This document shows positions 49,235 through 62,100 of a DNA stretch of 64,000 bases, one piece after another. Location: NCBI GenBank assembly GCA_965113315.1, contig OZ220363.1; one strand, written 5' to 3'. The translations under genes were made by a program, and so were the position numbers. Position 1 is the first letter of the stretch, and each line of letters starts with the position of its first letter. Below the pieces are notes generated by a model. That model worked only from the letters and a program-made list of their open reading frames with translations. It searched no databases and was not told the origin of the DNA. The stretch comes from Podarcis vaucheri (lineage: Eukaryota).

Positions 49235-50570
49235 TTCATACAATACTCCATTGAAACATCAGGAACAACTCCTGGGTAAGATCCCATGGTCAGAAATACT
49301 CAGAGAGAGTCCAAGACTGATGGGAGTTTCCTTAAGATGAAATTTTGAAGGTCCAAATGCAGACATTTCCAACAAGAAAGAAAAGCGGGAGGCATCTAAG
49401 GAAACCGGTGTTGCTGCACAAGGAGCTTACAGATGAACTGAGAGTTAAGAAGGGAATGTATAAGAAATAGAAGAATGGAGAAATCACAAAGGAGGAGTAT
49501 ACACAAGTAGCCAATAGATGTAGGGTGAATGTCAGGTGGGCTAAAGCTCAGTATGAACTCAGGCTTGCAAGAGAGGTTAATAATAATAATAAAGGTTTAT
49601 TCAGCTATGCTCGAAGGAGGAGGAAGAACAAGCAAGTGGTAGGTCATTTGCATGGAGAAGACAGAGCAATGCTCTTGGGTGACAGAGAGAAGGCAGAACT
49701 GCTTAACATATACTTTTTCTCTGTCTTCACACAAAAGGAACGCAATGATCAACCTAGTGACAAAAGAAATGATGCAAAAAAGGAGTTGTAGCTCATGAAA
49801 GGAAAGGAGGTAGTAAGGGGACATTTAGCTACTTTAAATGAATTCAGATTTCCAGGGCCTAATGAGCTGCATCCAAGGGTACTAAAGGAGCTTGCGGGTG
49901 TAATCTCAGCCTTTGTGATCTTTGAGAATTCTTGGCGATTAGGTGAGGAGGTGGTCAAATGTCCCCATTTTCAAAAAGAGAAAAAGAAGACCCAGGTAAC
50001 TACTGACTGGTGAGCATAAAATCAATACTAGGAAAGGTCCTAGTACAGATAATTCAACAGTCAATCTATGAGCACTTAGAAAAGGATGCTGTGATTACTA
50101 AGCTCCAGCATGGGTTTCTCAAAAATATGTCACGCCAGACCAATCTCAATTCTTTTTTTGATGGACTTACAGGCTTGCTGGATCAGGGCAATGCTGTGGT
50201 CATAGTGTATCTTGATTTCAGTAAGGCTTTTGATGAAGTCCCTCATGATGTCCTTCAGAGGAAGCTGGTAAAATGTGGGCTGGATGAGATAACTGTTAAG
50301 TGGATTTGTAGCTGGTTGACTTACTGAACCCAAAGAATACTCGTTAATGGTTCCTCGTCATGCTGGAAAAAAGTGAAAAGTGGGGTGCTTCAGGGTTCTG
50401 TCCTGGGCCCATCGTCTTTATAAATGACTTGGATGAAGGAATTGAGGGGATGCTCACCCAGAGACACCAGACCAGGAAGGATAGCTAATGCTACAGAAGA
50501 CAGAATTGGGATTCAAGATGACTTTAACAGATTGGAGAAGACTGGGCCAAAACTAACAAAATGCATTTCA
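49235..50570 (+). mobile_element. CR1 LINE ORF2 remnant, frameshifted; resumes at about 51684-51789 after a nested L2
   Basis: Peptides KAQYELRLAR, PGPNELHPRVLKELA, QHGF and VYLDFSKAFDEVPH. Confidence 0.9.
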
Positions 50571-51682
50571 ATACTACTACTACTACTACTAATTTATACC
50601 ATGCCCATCTGGTTGGGTTTCCCTAGCCACTCTGGACGGCTTCCAACAAAATATTAAAATATGATAGCTTCCCTAAACAGGGCTGCCGTCAGATGTCTTC
50701 TAAAATTCTGGTAGTTGTTTTTCTCTTTGACATCTGGTGGGAGGGTGTTCTACAGGGCAGTGCTGCTACCGAGAAGGCCCTCTGCCTGGTTCCCTATAAC
50801 TTGGCTTCATGCAGTGAGGGAACCGCCAGAAGACCCTCGGCGCTGGACCTCAGTGTCTGAGCAGAACGATGGAGGTGGAGATGTTCCTTCAGGTATACTG
50901 GACCGAGGCTGTTTAAGGCTTTAAAGGTCAGCACCAACACTTTGAATTGTGCACAGAAATGTACAGTAGGTCTTTCAAGACCACTGTTATGTGGTCTTGG
51001 CGGCCACTCCCAGTCATCAGTCTAGCTGCTGCATTCTGGATTAGTTGTAGTTTCTGGGTCACCTTCAAAGGTAGCCCCACATAGAGCACATAGCAGTAGT
51101 CCAAGCGAGAGATAACTAGAGCATGCACCACTCTGGCGAGACAGTCTGCGGGCAGGTAGGGTCTCAGCCTGTGTACCAGATGGAGCTGATAAACAGCTGC
51201 CCTGGACACATAATTGACTTCAAAATGGACACAAAATGACTTCCAAGCCGTGCAGCTGGTCCTTCAGGGTCACAGTTACCCCATTCAGGACCAGGGAGTC
51301 CTCCACACCTGCCCACCTCCTGTCTCCTGAAAACAGTACTTCTGTCTTGTCAGGATTCAACTTCAATATGTTAGCTGCCATCCATCCTCCAAACACCTCC
51401 AGATACTCACTCAGGACCTTCACCGCCTTCACTGGTTCTGATTTGAAAGAGAGTTAGAGCTGGATATCATCCGGATATTGATGAACACCCAGCTCAAGCC
51501 CCCTGATGATCTCTCCCAGTGGCTGCATGTAGATGTTGAAAAGCATGGGGGGGGGAGAGGACAGAACCTTGAGGCACCCCACAAGTGAGAGCCCAGGGGT
51601 CTGAACACTCACTCCCCCCCACTCTCTGAACATGGCCCAGGAGGAAGGAGCGGAACCACTGTATAACAGTGCCCCCAGCTCC
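50571..51682 (-). mobile_element. L2-clade LINE nested in CR1
   Basis: Same family as 23135-24910 (LNPDKTEVL, ISRLDYC, QLIQNAAARL) with a (CTA)n tail. Confidence 0.88.
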
Positions 51683-51789
51683 TAGGGGGTCAAATGGAAG
51701 CTTCTACACTTAGACAGGAAGAACCAGGTGCACAAATATAAGATGAGAGACACCTAGTTGCCAGTAGTACATGTGAAAATGATCTAGGG

Positions 51790-52560
51790 TGTCACAGAGT
51801 GAGCTGTCAGAAAAGCACACTGCTTAAAGTTGGAGTTAACTCTTTATTGTAAAGACACAATCTTCACAGATTTTGCTGAGTGTCAGATCTAATTGCAGAG
51901 ACTGAAACTCATAGCTTTCCCACAGCCATCACAGTCCTCTCCTCTCCGGTGCTTCCCCCAAGCAATCTGAGACTGTGTCTGCATGCAGCCTGCCCTTCCT
52001 TCTCCCATTTCAACCCTTTTTTGGTTCTGGGAGATGGGAGGAGAGCTTGTTGCAGCAGGAGGGGGAGATCCCCTTGACTCTTCACCTGTGTACATCAATG
52101 GCTGATCATTACATGGTCCATGACAGTGTGATCCATCCATGCCCCCCTTGAAGTTGCTCTGATTGACCAAAGCCAAGAGACTTGAGTCCATGAATGGACT
52201 GGAGGTGACCATCCTAATGAAGCTCGAACTCCCAAGATCCCAGACTGCTGCCAAAGCACTTGGTCTACACAGCACTCAACTGCCCGTGCTTGGCACTTGC
52301 GACTGAAATTATTAGAGGCACTTTGCCCAGTGAGTCCCAGGTAGCAAATGGCACATGGTCTCAGTTGCTTGGCAAAGGCTCTGTGTCCAACAGCCCCTCG
52401 TGATGAAGTGTAGGCCTGGTTACTGAGAAGGAGCCATTTCATGTTTCGGAAAGTGTCAGTGTGATGCTTCTTGGCCTGCACGTTAATCATGGCCCCCTGG
52501 CCCAGATTTATGCGCACTATGAGTGCCTCCCTTTATGCCATAATAAATCTTGCAACTTCT
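51790..52560 (-). mobile_element. Possible decayed Gypsy remnant (LTR-like 51790-52125 plus IN C-terminal relic)
   Basis: TGTCA...TGACA termini with a minus-strand AATAAA at 51843-51848. The adjacent peptide VQAKKHH...WLLLS...AKQLRP resembles VQADKHR...WVWLA...HKQLGP of the intact element. No TSD was found. Confidence 0.4.
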
Positions 52561-53008
52561 GCTCCTGCTTTGGCCATACTAAAGAGAGGTTTTAATAGCA
52601 ATTGTGAGTTCCAGGAATGAAACTCCCAGCATGCCATTGTCCTCAGTCTTGATTACCTCAAAACACCTTGAACATCTCAGCACTGATAAATTGGGCACCT
52701 TGATTTCCCTAATTCAATGATAATAGAACCATTTTTTTAAAATGCAGCTCCTGAATTTTGAAACATTCTTTGTTCTAACAATTCGTTCTCATGAATTATT
52801 TTGCTTCATTAATTCCATACATAAATTACATTTGAATCATTCTGTTGCTGAGTAAAACACTCGAGATTAAATGTATCGTGCACATGAGCTGCTGATGCTG
52901 TACATGGACACATTAATCAACCCTCCCATTTTCTCCTATCTGGTCATGCATCACATATTGATCACATTCTTATTTCAGCCACTCAAATGACTTCAGGCCT
53001 GTGCCTTG

Positions 53009-53258
53009 GAAGAAGAAGAAGAAGAGTTTGGATTTGATATCCCGCCTTTCACTCCCCTTCAGGAGTCTCAAAGCGGCTAACAATCTCCTTTCCCTTCCTC
53101 CCCCACAACAAACACTCTGTGGGGTGAGTGGGGCTGAGAGACTTCACAGAAGTGTGACTGGCCCAAGGTCACCCAGCAGCTGCATGTGGAGGAGCGGAGA
53201 CGCGAACCCGGTTACCCAGATTACGTGACTACCGCTCTTAACCACTACACCACACTGG
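53009..53258 (-). mobile_element. tRNA-derived squamate SINE (Squam3-like)
   Basis: The minus strand begins CCAGTGTGGTGTAGTGGTTAAGAG (A box), has GGTTCGCGTCT (B box-like) and ends in a (CTT)n tail. Confidence 0.75.
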
Positions 53259-56200
53259 AAGCCAAAGGGGGTGGGGTGGGGGATGAAGGCAGGGCTGGGC
53301 AACCCCATCACAACATGAGCCTGTGACGTGGCCCATGACCAATACTCCAGCCACCCCATCGCACCAGTCCTCAGCAATGTTATTGGTATAAGGCAGGTGA
53401 ATTGTGGCTGGTGAAGAGCACTTGGCAGACCCCTCAGTGGGGCAGGTGAGAAGGCCAGCTGGATTCCTGAGCTGGTGAGCCCCCCAACTTAGTGTCCTGG
53501 TCACTGATGGACTCTGGGATTGTGGCACTCCAGATGCAATTCATCAGGCCCAGAGAAAGATTGGTTTTCATTCCGAATGCCTAGGAGTTTTCCTTCCCAA
53601 CCACAGGCTGCCCTTGGTGGACCTACCTCTTCCTTGGTTCTCCTCTTCCTCTAAACATAGTCCCAAAGCCCCATCCTCCCCTCTAGGTGCCAGCTGGTGG
53701 CAGCAGAGCCTACCAGAAAGTGCTCCCAACTGAGACAAGTGCTGCCGCATGAAGGGAGCATGCCTCTGGGACACTTGGACGTGTTTTATAAGGATGAAGA
53801 ATGGTCTACTTGTGCCCCTCGTGACAAGGAGGGCCCTTTTGATTACACATTGTCAACTGCAAGCCTCTCTGAAACGTGTCTGCCAAGGTTGCCGTTAGTC
53901 AATGGCCGTTGTGGCCAAGCCCTTCCTCCAGGATGTAAAGAATTAGCCACACGTTAGCGGACTTATTGAATCCTTTCTGAGTCATTAAACTGTCATCTGC
54001 ACATCATGTCTTTTGGGTTCACTTGCCAGCAACACCGAAGGAAAGGTTCACTCAGAAGTAACCTCTGCTGGTGTGCCGACAGACCCCTTCAAATGCTCCC
54101 TTCCGTCACTGGCTGTGGCATTGTCCAGAACCATCATAGCACAGCTTCTGTCCTGTACAAATGTGCGGAGTCCCAATCCTCCTCCCCTGCTGGCGCTGCT
54201 CTGTGGGAATGTCTGACTGCTCCACAGGCCTGCCTGCTGCCCATGGTGAATCAGCACCACTTTTGCTGGGAGCAGTGAGCCATTCCATGGGAGCTCCAGG
54301 CTGGGCCCCAAGATCCGACCACCCCCAAAAGACATTCCCTACTTGCACAGGCACTCGTGTCGCTGTTACTGGAGGGGCAGGAAACAAAACTTTTGGTTTG
54401 CTTATTGAGACACCCCCAATCTCACACACAAAGTGAACAAAAGCACCACATAAAAACTTTGGAAGAGCCTGCTGGAGTCCAGCATCCTTTCCTCAGTGGC
54501 CAGCCAGATGCCTCCTAGGCAGCAAGAAGAACGTGAGCCCAAGAGCACCTCCTCCTCCTCCTGTGGATCCTAGCAGCTGGTCTTTGGCAGCATTGCTGTC
54601 TCCCCATGGCCATTGGCCTTTGATAGCCCTCCTCGCCTCTGTGAATTTGTCCAATCCACTTTTAAAGCCACCCAAGTTGATGGCCATCACGGCCTCCTGA
54701 GGCAGAGAGTTCCATAATTGCTCTCTAAAAAGAGAGGCCCTTTCCCTTTGAACTAGGGTGCCTTGTAAATCTGGATGGACTGACGGATGGGAGACAATGG
54801 GGGCCCAGACTTGCCTGGAGGGAGAAGATGAGTCAAGAAGTCAGGGCAGAATTCCCTCCTCAGCCCCAGGAGGTCCTGGTTACAGGAACAGTGGAGCAAA
54901 CAGAGCCACGTCTCAGCCCTTGGCGGGGTGGGGGGGAGGGCTTTGCTTCAGGGCTGCAGTTATTAATTACTGGCATTTATTATTCTTGTCAGCCTCTTAA
55001 TGCCCATTAGATTTTTCAATGGAAGCACTGCAATAAAAGTACAGTTCTTTGGATGGTTTATGATGCATGTTAATGAGGACACACAAAGGCCTTCTCAGTT
55101 ATGCACTTTCTCTTCTGGAAGACAGACGTTCCTGGGAAAGGTGGTGGCTGCAGTTGCACAGGATGTCTGGCCAAAGCCAAGTTGCCATGTTTTCAAGTAA
55201 GTAGTCTTGCAAGGAGTGATGCTTCTGAGTGAAAGGACATCAGAGTCAGCTGGTGAGAGTTGGCCAGGGTCCCTGTTGGGACAGCCACGTGTGTATCCCC
55301 TTCCTCCTGAAAAAGAAGCACTAAGAGGATGGGGACCTGCATAAAATTTGCCTATGCTGACTTCAAGGCATAGATACAGATTTAGAAATATTTATTATGC
55401 TTTGTAGAAACTCTCTGGTGGGAAAGGGTATGACATCACACTGTAATGGTGCTGTAGAGTTCAGTCCTTCAGCAACGTGATTTCCCATTATGAGCTTTAC
55501 AATGCGTTTTCCTGAAAAGTTTTTGGAATGTGTCTAGATCCAGCCCAGGTGAGCTTTGTGAGTGCCTGCTCAGTCTGTAGCCCAGACGCTGCTCATGGTT
55601 GACAGGCAACTTCATGGCCCCGACTGCTCTTCCTCCTTCGAGTTCTCGTATTTGAGCTGGACTCAGGCTAGATATGATGCTAATTGGCTACAGGCCTGGG
55701 TATAAAGAAATGTTCTCGCCTGGCACTTAAAGATATGCAATGAAGGTGCCAGGTGAGCCTCCCTGGGGGGGGGGAGGGAGAAAAGGCTCATTTTTGTGTT
55801 GCTGCCCTCTGGACCTCTGGACCGTCTCCAGAGGCAGCCCCACATATAATGCATTGCAGTACTCTAACCTAGAGGTTAAATAACAGTAATTTGGTTCCCA
55901 TAGTGCACAGGGTGAGGCCATTCAGCAGAGAATCCTGCTGACTTGCAGAAGGACTTAACTCCTAAATGATACCAGTTTTGAATAGCTCCAGATTCATTCA
56001 AACCACAGGACTATGAATCTTTTCCAAACTGCCTGGCAGAGATTCCTGCCCCCTCCCCTAGAAAGCATTTCCTGCAAGGTCTTGCTCTGCTTCTTGACCA
56101 TCGGCACCCAGGGGTGCCTTTCACATGATTTATGCATTGCCATATTGCTTTCAGCACTCTGCACCAGGAGTGCTGCTGGGCTTGCCTTCTTCATTGGCTC

Positions 56201-58889
56201 TGCCGTCTCGTGAGAGTCATCGCTGGCTGGCTTTTCTTTGCCACCTATCAGTTATCCAGATGCGCTGTAATGTTGAGTAGGGCATGCCCTCCTGCTCTTC
56301 TCCTCCGCTTTGACCAGAGGGCTACATCATGCTTTGGGGGCTGGGAGTAGCAGTGGTACCCTGTTCAGGCAAAGACCAGGCAGTGCTCATGACAACGGTC
56401 AGGACACCTTATTAGTATTATTACAGTTATGTGTTGTTTTGCAGCCAGAAAGACCCTTGAAGCAGCAGGCAACAATAACGAGATGAGCATCAATAAAAAT
56501 AAGCGTCAGGAAACAATAAGCAAGAAAACCAGCTTCTCAAGGGCCGCAAATCACTCAAGACTGAAAGTCGGTCTGAGCAAGTCTGTTTTTGCCATTTTCC
56601 TAAGAATGAGAAGAGAAGGGGATCGGCGGGATTTCTGACAGATGCAGGTCCGGAGTCCGGGGAACAACCAAGAAGGCATCACATACCCCACCCAATACTC
56701 TCTGCATACTCACCTGCCTTATTTTACAAGGTCATGGATGTGGAGCAGAGACTCTGTGGGCAGGCACAGGCATAGCAAGAGCAAGCTGTTTTTTAGACAT
56801 CCTGGATCAAAAAGGTGACGCTCACCTTTAAATCGGGCTCAGGGAGGAACAGGAAGCCAGAACAGAGCCATTTAGAGGATCCCCAATTGAGTTAATCCAT
56901 GGCTGTCCAACTGGGCTGGATTCAGCCCCCAGTGATGCTATGGGATTTTAGTCAAGGTGGGATTAAAAGGTTTCCTGATTTGTGAGGATCTCTCTTCCTC
57001 AAAAAAAATATATATGATAAAATTTCACTGGAATTGAATAGGGGACTCAGCAAGCATGGAGGTGATTGGAGTGGATGGTCCTCAGGGTCCCTGAGGGATG
57101 ATGCTGAGATGCTAGCAGTGGGCTTCCAGTGCCCCTCAACCTTCCTAGCAACACCTGTGTAGCACCAAAGAGTCAGCAGACAGGAGAGTGGCTTTCTAGC
57201 ACTCTAAGGCCCCCTCTCTTGCACTGACTTGGGGGCAGAGGTCTCCGTGGCTTACAGCACTTCTGAGGGGATGCTTTTGCCCCCAGAGTCCTCTTGCGCT
57301 TTCATGCACTGCAGAAAAAGGAAACGGCACCCCACATTTGACCACATTTACTAATGAATGCTGTTTCCTCAACAGGGAAGTCCAAAATCATGTTGGTGGG
57401 ATCTTATTTACAGAAAATATTGATAGACTACCTTTCTTCAGCTCAAGGCAGTTCCCATAAATTTCAGTAAAATATAATGCTAAAAGGAAAACCAACGTAA
57501 GAGGAGTCTGCTGGATCAGGCCGGTGGCCCATCTGGCGCAGCATCCTGTTCCATTATGGCAAACCCCCAAGCAGGGCCTGAGTGCCATAGTCCTCTCCCC
57601 TCCTGTGGTTTCCAGCAACTGGCATTCAGAGGCACGGCTTCCTCTCCCTGTGGAGACAGAGTCCAGCCCCCGACAGCCCTCTCTGCCTCCGTGGATTCAC
57701 CTGATCCTCTTTTAAAGCCATCCAGGTTGGTGGCATCACTGCCTCCTGGGTGAGCAAGTCCCATCTCTGCTGGATGAAGAGGGACTTTCCTTCGACTGCC
57801 CTGAATCTTCCAGCGTTCGGCTTCATTGGATGTCCACAGGTTCTGGAGTTAGGAGAGAGGGAAGAGAACTTTTCTGCATCCATTTTCTCCATGCCAGCCA
57901 TCATTTTATAAACTTCTGTCATGTTGCCTCTTCCTTGCCTTTTCTTAAAAATAAAAATAAAAAAGTCTGCAGCAAAGCCGCCAATTCAGCAGCCCAAGGC
58001 AGAGTGGATCAGAGCAGCAGCCCCATCAAAGGTGCCCTGACAATGTTTCCCTTCTTTTGAATGGGATAATTACTTTGTTTGCATGTTAAAGTCTTGTTAT
58101 TCTAATAGCTTCCTAATGCAATTAGCAAGTTTATACTGCATTATGCAAATCTATATATATAGAGGGGAAAAGCAAGTGATGTGAAATCAGCTTCCCTACC
58201 ATCATGGTGTCATGCTTAATCTGGAATGATTTGGGAGTGAGCTCCACACTTCCTGTTTTTGGCAGGGAGAAATTGCACCTGAGGCTTTGCTAAGCAGAAG
58301 GAGCACATTTGACCAAAAAGGGTGATGGATTTTGAGGTGTTGCCAAATAGGCTGGCTGGCTTTTCTTTCTTCTATCATTCACCTCACAAACAGCCTCTAT
58401 TCATCATCATACATATATTCCCCAGATTTCAACAAAGAGCTTGTTGTCTGTTAACTATCCAGCTGCAGCTGGTGGTTTTTCAGAAATTCTGTGGAAATGA
58501 CTAGAGTTGGGTCTGCGGTTGTGTGAACGCTTCAGAACTGGCTGACAGCCCATCACCAGGAGTTAAAGGCGGGGCCCCTCAGAGCTCTCCTGTGCCTTTG
58601 GCCACCCAGATGGACAGTCCTGCACAGACAGGAACGGGAAATGGCCTGACCTTGGCCCCACGTTCCACATCATAAGTCAATAGGCACTGACAGGGACCCC
58701 ACTGGCAAAGAGGGGATCAGGAGCTCACTTTAGCCTCCCATTGGAGCCCCATCTGGACTTGCCCCATGCTGGGTGGGCATGGTTGTGGGGAATGGCCTTG
58801 TGGGTCAACACAGGACCCATGTTGCACCTCATGAGACCTGCAGGCCAGGCATTCCCCACCTCTGATCTAGCAACACCATGAACCAGGAA

Positions 58890-59115
58890 AATCATAGAAT
58901 CATAGAACTATAGAGTTGGAAGGGACCCAGAGGGTCATCTAGTCCTGCCCCCTGCAATGCTGGAATCACAGCTAAAGCTCTTAAAAACCTCCAAGGAAGG
59001 ACGGTTCATAACCTCCCAAGGGAGACCTGTCCACTTGGACAGCTCTTGCCATCAGAAAGTTCTTCCTGACGCTGAGTCAGAATCTCCTTTCTTGTAACTT
59101 GAAGTCATTGGGTTG
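58890..59115 (-). mobile_element. CR1 LINE 3' end
   Basis: ATCATAGAATCATAGA tail and a ...GAAAGTTCTTCCTGA...CTCCTTTCTTGTAACTTG body. Confidence 0.75.
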
Positions 59116-59157
59116 AGGTACAGATAGGTAGCCGTGTTGGTCTGCCATAGTCAAAAT

Positions 59158-62100
59158 TGTTGGAGTCGGAACTTAACAGGTTAAGTTTGTCCCATGATGC
59201 CTCAACATTCTGACGTCAGCTTTAGAAGCTGGGAGGAGTTTTCTGCTCTCTCTCGGTTGTTGAGAGGAAAGGACGAAGTTTTGCCATGGCTGCAAGGAGT
59301 CCTGGAGATTTCTGAGAAATGTCGCAATAAAGAACTGTAAATAGACACGAAAGAAGGCTCTGTGTGTCTGTGGGAAGCAACGTGACAGCTTTGACCGCTG
59401 TGTTCACTCTGCTAGCCGTGACCAGAGGAAGCAAGAACGCGCAGCTGAAGGAAGCGTGCCGGGCTGTTGTTAAAAGCTAAGTTGGGTCGTAAACCCATTA
59501 GCCGGTCACGGTTGATTAAAAACATTCACAGGTTATGGACATAAATCACCGCTTGTAAAGCTGTCGCTGGGGCTGCTGGAATGCTTTGAAGTTCTGCGTT
59601 CGGAAGCAGTGGCGCTGACGGAAGCGGGGCCTGTGTCTGAGGCAAGCAAGCAACCTGAAAGACGCTGTGCTGAATGCTGCAGTGCTAAAAGCAGCAGGGA
59701 ATCGTTTCTCCACGGACAGGAGCCAGAAGAGCTTGTGAGTAAAGCTTGTGGGCACCTGGGAAGAACGGGAGACTATGGACAGAAAGCCTGTTGAAAAAAA
59801 AGGCTGCTTAGAGCTGAGAGCTGTGCCTAGCGTTTGAAGGCAAGCTGATGTCGATGCCTGAGACAGCTTTGAGTCCTGCCTGAAGTGGTGAGGCAGTCGA
59901 TCTCAGCTGGGAGCTGACCTGCTAGACCGGGAGCTGGAGAGCGGCTGTTTGTTTACGTGAGTACGCTGGGCCCCGGGGGAAGATGGCAGATGGCCAGGAG
60001 GTGATTCAAGCTCCGTTTGAACAGCTTGAGGAACTCACCGCCCAAGCGTGGAATACATGGGCAAGATGGGTGAGAGCGTGGTTTATAGCCACGGAGGTTT
60101 GGGACATTTCCCAGAGGGAACCAGTGCAACTGGTGGACAGAGATGCAGGAAAGCTGCAGTCTGCTTCTCTGGAGGAGAAAATGCAGAGAGAGAAAGCTGA
60201 CAGAGCTGAGATCTGCATGTTGCGAGCTAGCGTACACGCTAAGCTGTTGCCGTGTTTGGAAGGCATTGAGTCAGCCTGTGAAGCCTGGAAGGTGCTGAGG
60301 AGTTTGTGTCAAAGCTCAGCAGGTGGCCAGGAGCAGGAGGATGCCGAGGGCTCAGCCAGAAGCCCTGAATCTACAGCCTCACGGAGTGCTGTTGGAAGTG
60401 TTGGGGGGGCAGAGAAGCCCAAAAGCCAGTTTGGAAAAGTTTCCACTGCGTATGCTGAGAGAAAGTGCTGTTTCAGCGGGGGCGGAGCTGATGTCCCGGA
60501 AGCTGTGCTAGCTGAGAGCTCACCCCAGTACTTTTCCACTCGGAGGTGCTACGTGTGTAATTCTCCAGAACATCTGCGAAGAAATTGCCCCCACCGGAGC
60601 AAGGAGGCAAGGCAGGATGTTGTCAAGGTCAACTCACATGGGAACCAGTCGGGTTACCATGGAAACCAGCCTGGGAAAGGAGCCAGGCGTGCAACTGAGT
60701 CTGGTGGACGTGACGGAGACCAGGGGAAGATTTATCAAATAACTGCTAGTATGGCATTGTTTGAGAACAGCTGTGAGAAAGGCTCAATGTTTTGTTTTGT
60801 GATAGACTCAGCAGCTAATTGCAACTTGATTCCAGAGACCCCTGCTGTCGAGATGTGGAATTGCAGAGCAGTTACGCTCGGAAAAACAGTTCAGTTTGCA
60901 AATGGACAGAGAAATAATGTCACTAACGTTGTAAATGTGTTCTTTTCTGTTTTGCAGGAAACGTTGGAGTGTTGTACTGTCCCAGGGATACAGCACTGTC
61001 TTTTGTCTGTGCCTTATTTGTTAAAGAAGGGGTTTAAGGTTTGCTTCGAGGATAATGCCTGCACAATCTCCAAAGGAGGGAGGATACTTGCCAAGGTTAA
61101 AAAGGGGCAGAATGATCTCTTCATTCTTAAGACGCCTCTGGAGGGTGAGGGGAAAGTTGGAAAAGCACAAGCCTTACGTGCTACAGTTCCCACACATGTG
61201 TCATGTGCTCATGTTTGGCATGCAAGGACAGCTCATAGTTCTTTAGAAGAACTACAGACGCTACCTGAGGTCGCCAAAGGTTGTCACATTGTCGAATGTG
61301 GATGTGTCATAGATTGTGAAGCATGTAGACAAGCAAAGGTGAAAGGGTGCAGTTACCCAAAGGTGGAGAGGGTACACACCAAACCCTTTGAAATGGTTCA
61401 CATAGATCTGTTGGGTCCCATAAAGGAACCAAGTCTGGGAGGGTCAAGGTTTCTGCTGACGATGCAGGATAACTTTACGCAGAACACCTGGAATCACGGC
61501 CTCAAATCTAAGGAAGAGGCAGCACAACTGATCAAAAGTTGGGTAGAGGAAGTGGAACTAAGGTTTTCCACCAAAGTGCAAGCTGTCACAAGTGACAGAG
61601 GAGCTGAGTTTACAGGATCTGCTTTGCAGAGGTTCTTTCACAAGAAAGGGATACATCACACAGTGACTTCACCCAATCAGAGGGGGTGGGCTGAGCTAAG
61701 ATGTGAAGCTCTGGTTAAGACTGCAAAGGTGTTGCTGACAGATTCTGGGTTGCCACCAAAGTTTTGGCTGGAGGCAATCAAGTATGTAAGCTTCACCTGG
61801 AATCGCACCTACAATTCAATGGTAGGTGACACACCATTTGGTTTGTTGCATGGCAGGAAACCCCAGATTCATTTTTTGCGCAAGTTTGGGTCTCAATCAT
61901 CTGTGCCGGTGCCTGAGGCTTTGCAAGGGCCAGATGGATCCAAGTTCCGGAAAATGATCTTCTGTGGGTATGAGCCAGCAGCACGTGCATGGAGGTTTGC
62001 TTTCCCTTCAGGTGATCAGAGTAAGTTGCTGATCAGCAAACACGCTGAGTTCTATGAACAGGATGTAAAGTCAAAGACTCCTGTTGGGCGGGATGTTCTC

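Noticed and set aside
56250-56365. Minus-strand exon-like segment (YHCYSQPPKHDVALWSKRRRRAGGHALLNITAHLDN*)
   Set aside because: Short and unrecognised, and I found no supporting upstream coding exon. The donor-bearing segment near 56715-56755 has stops in all frames.
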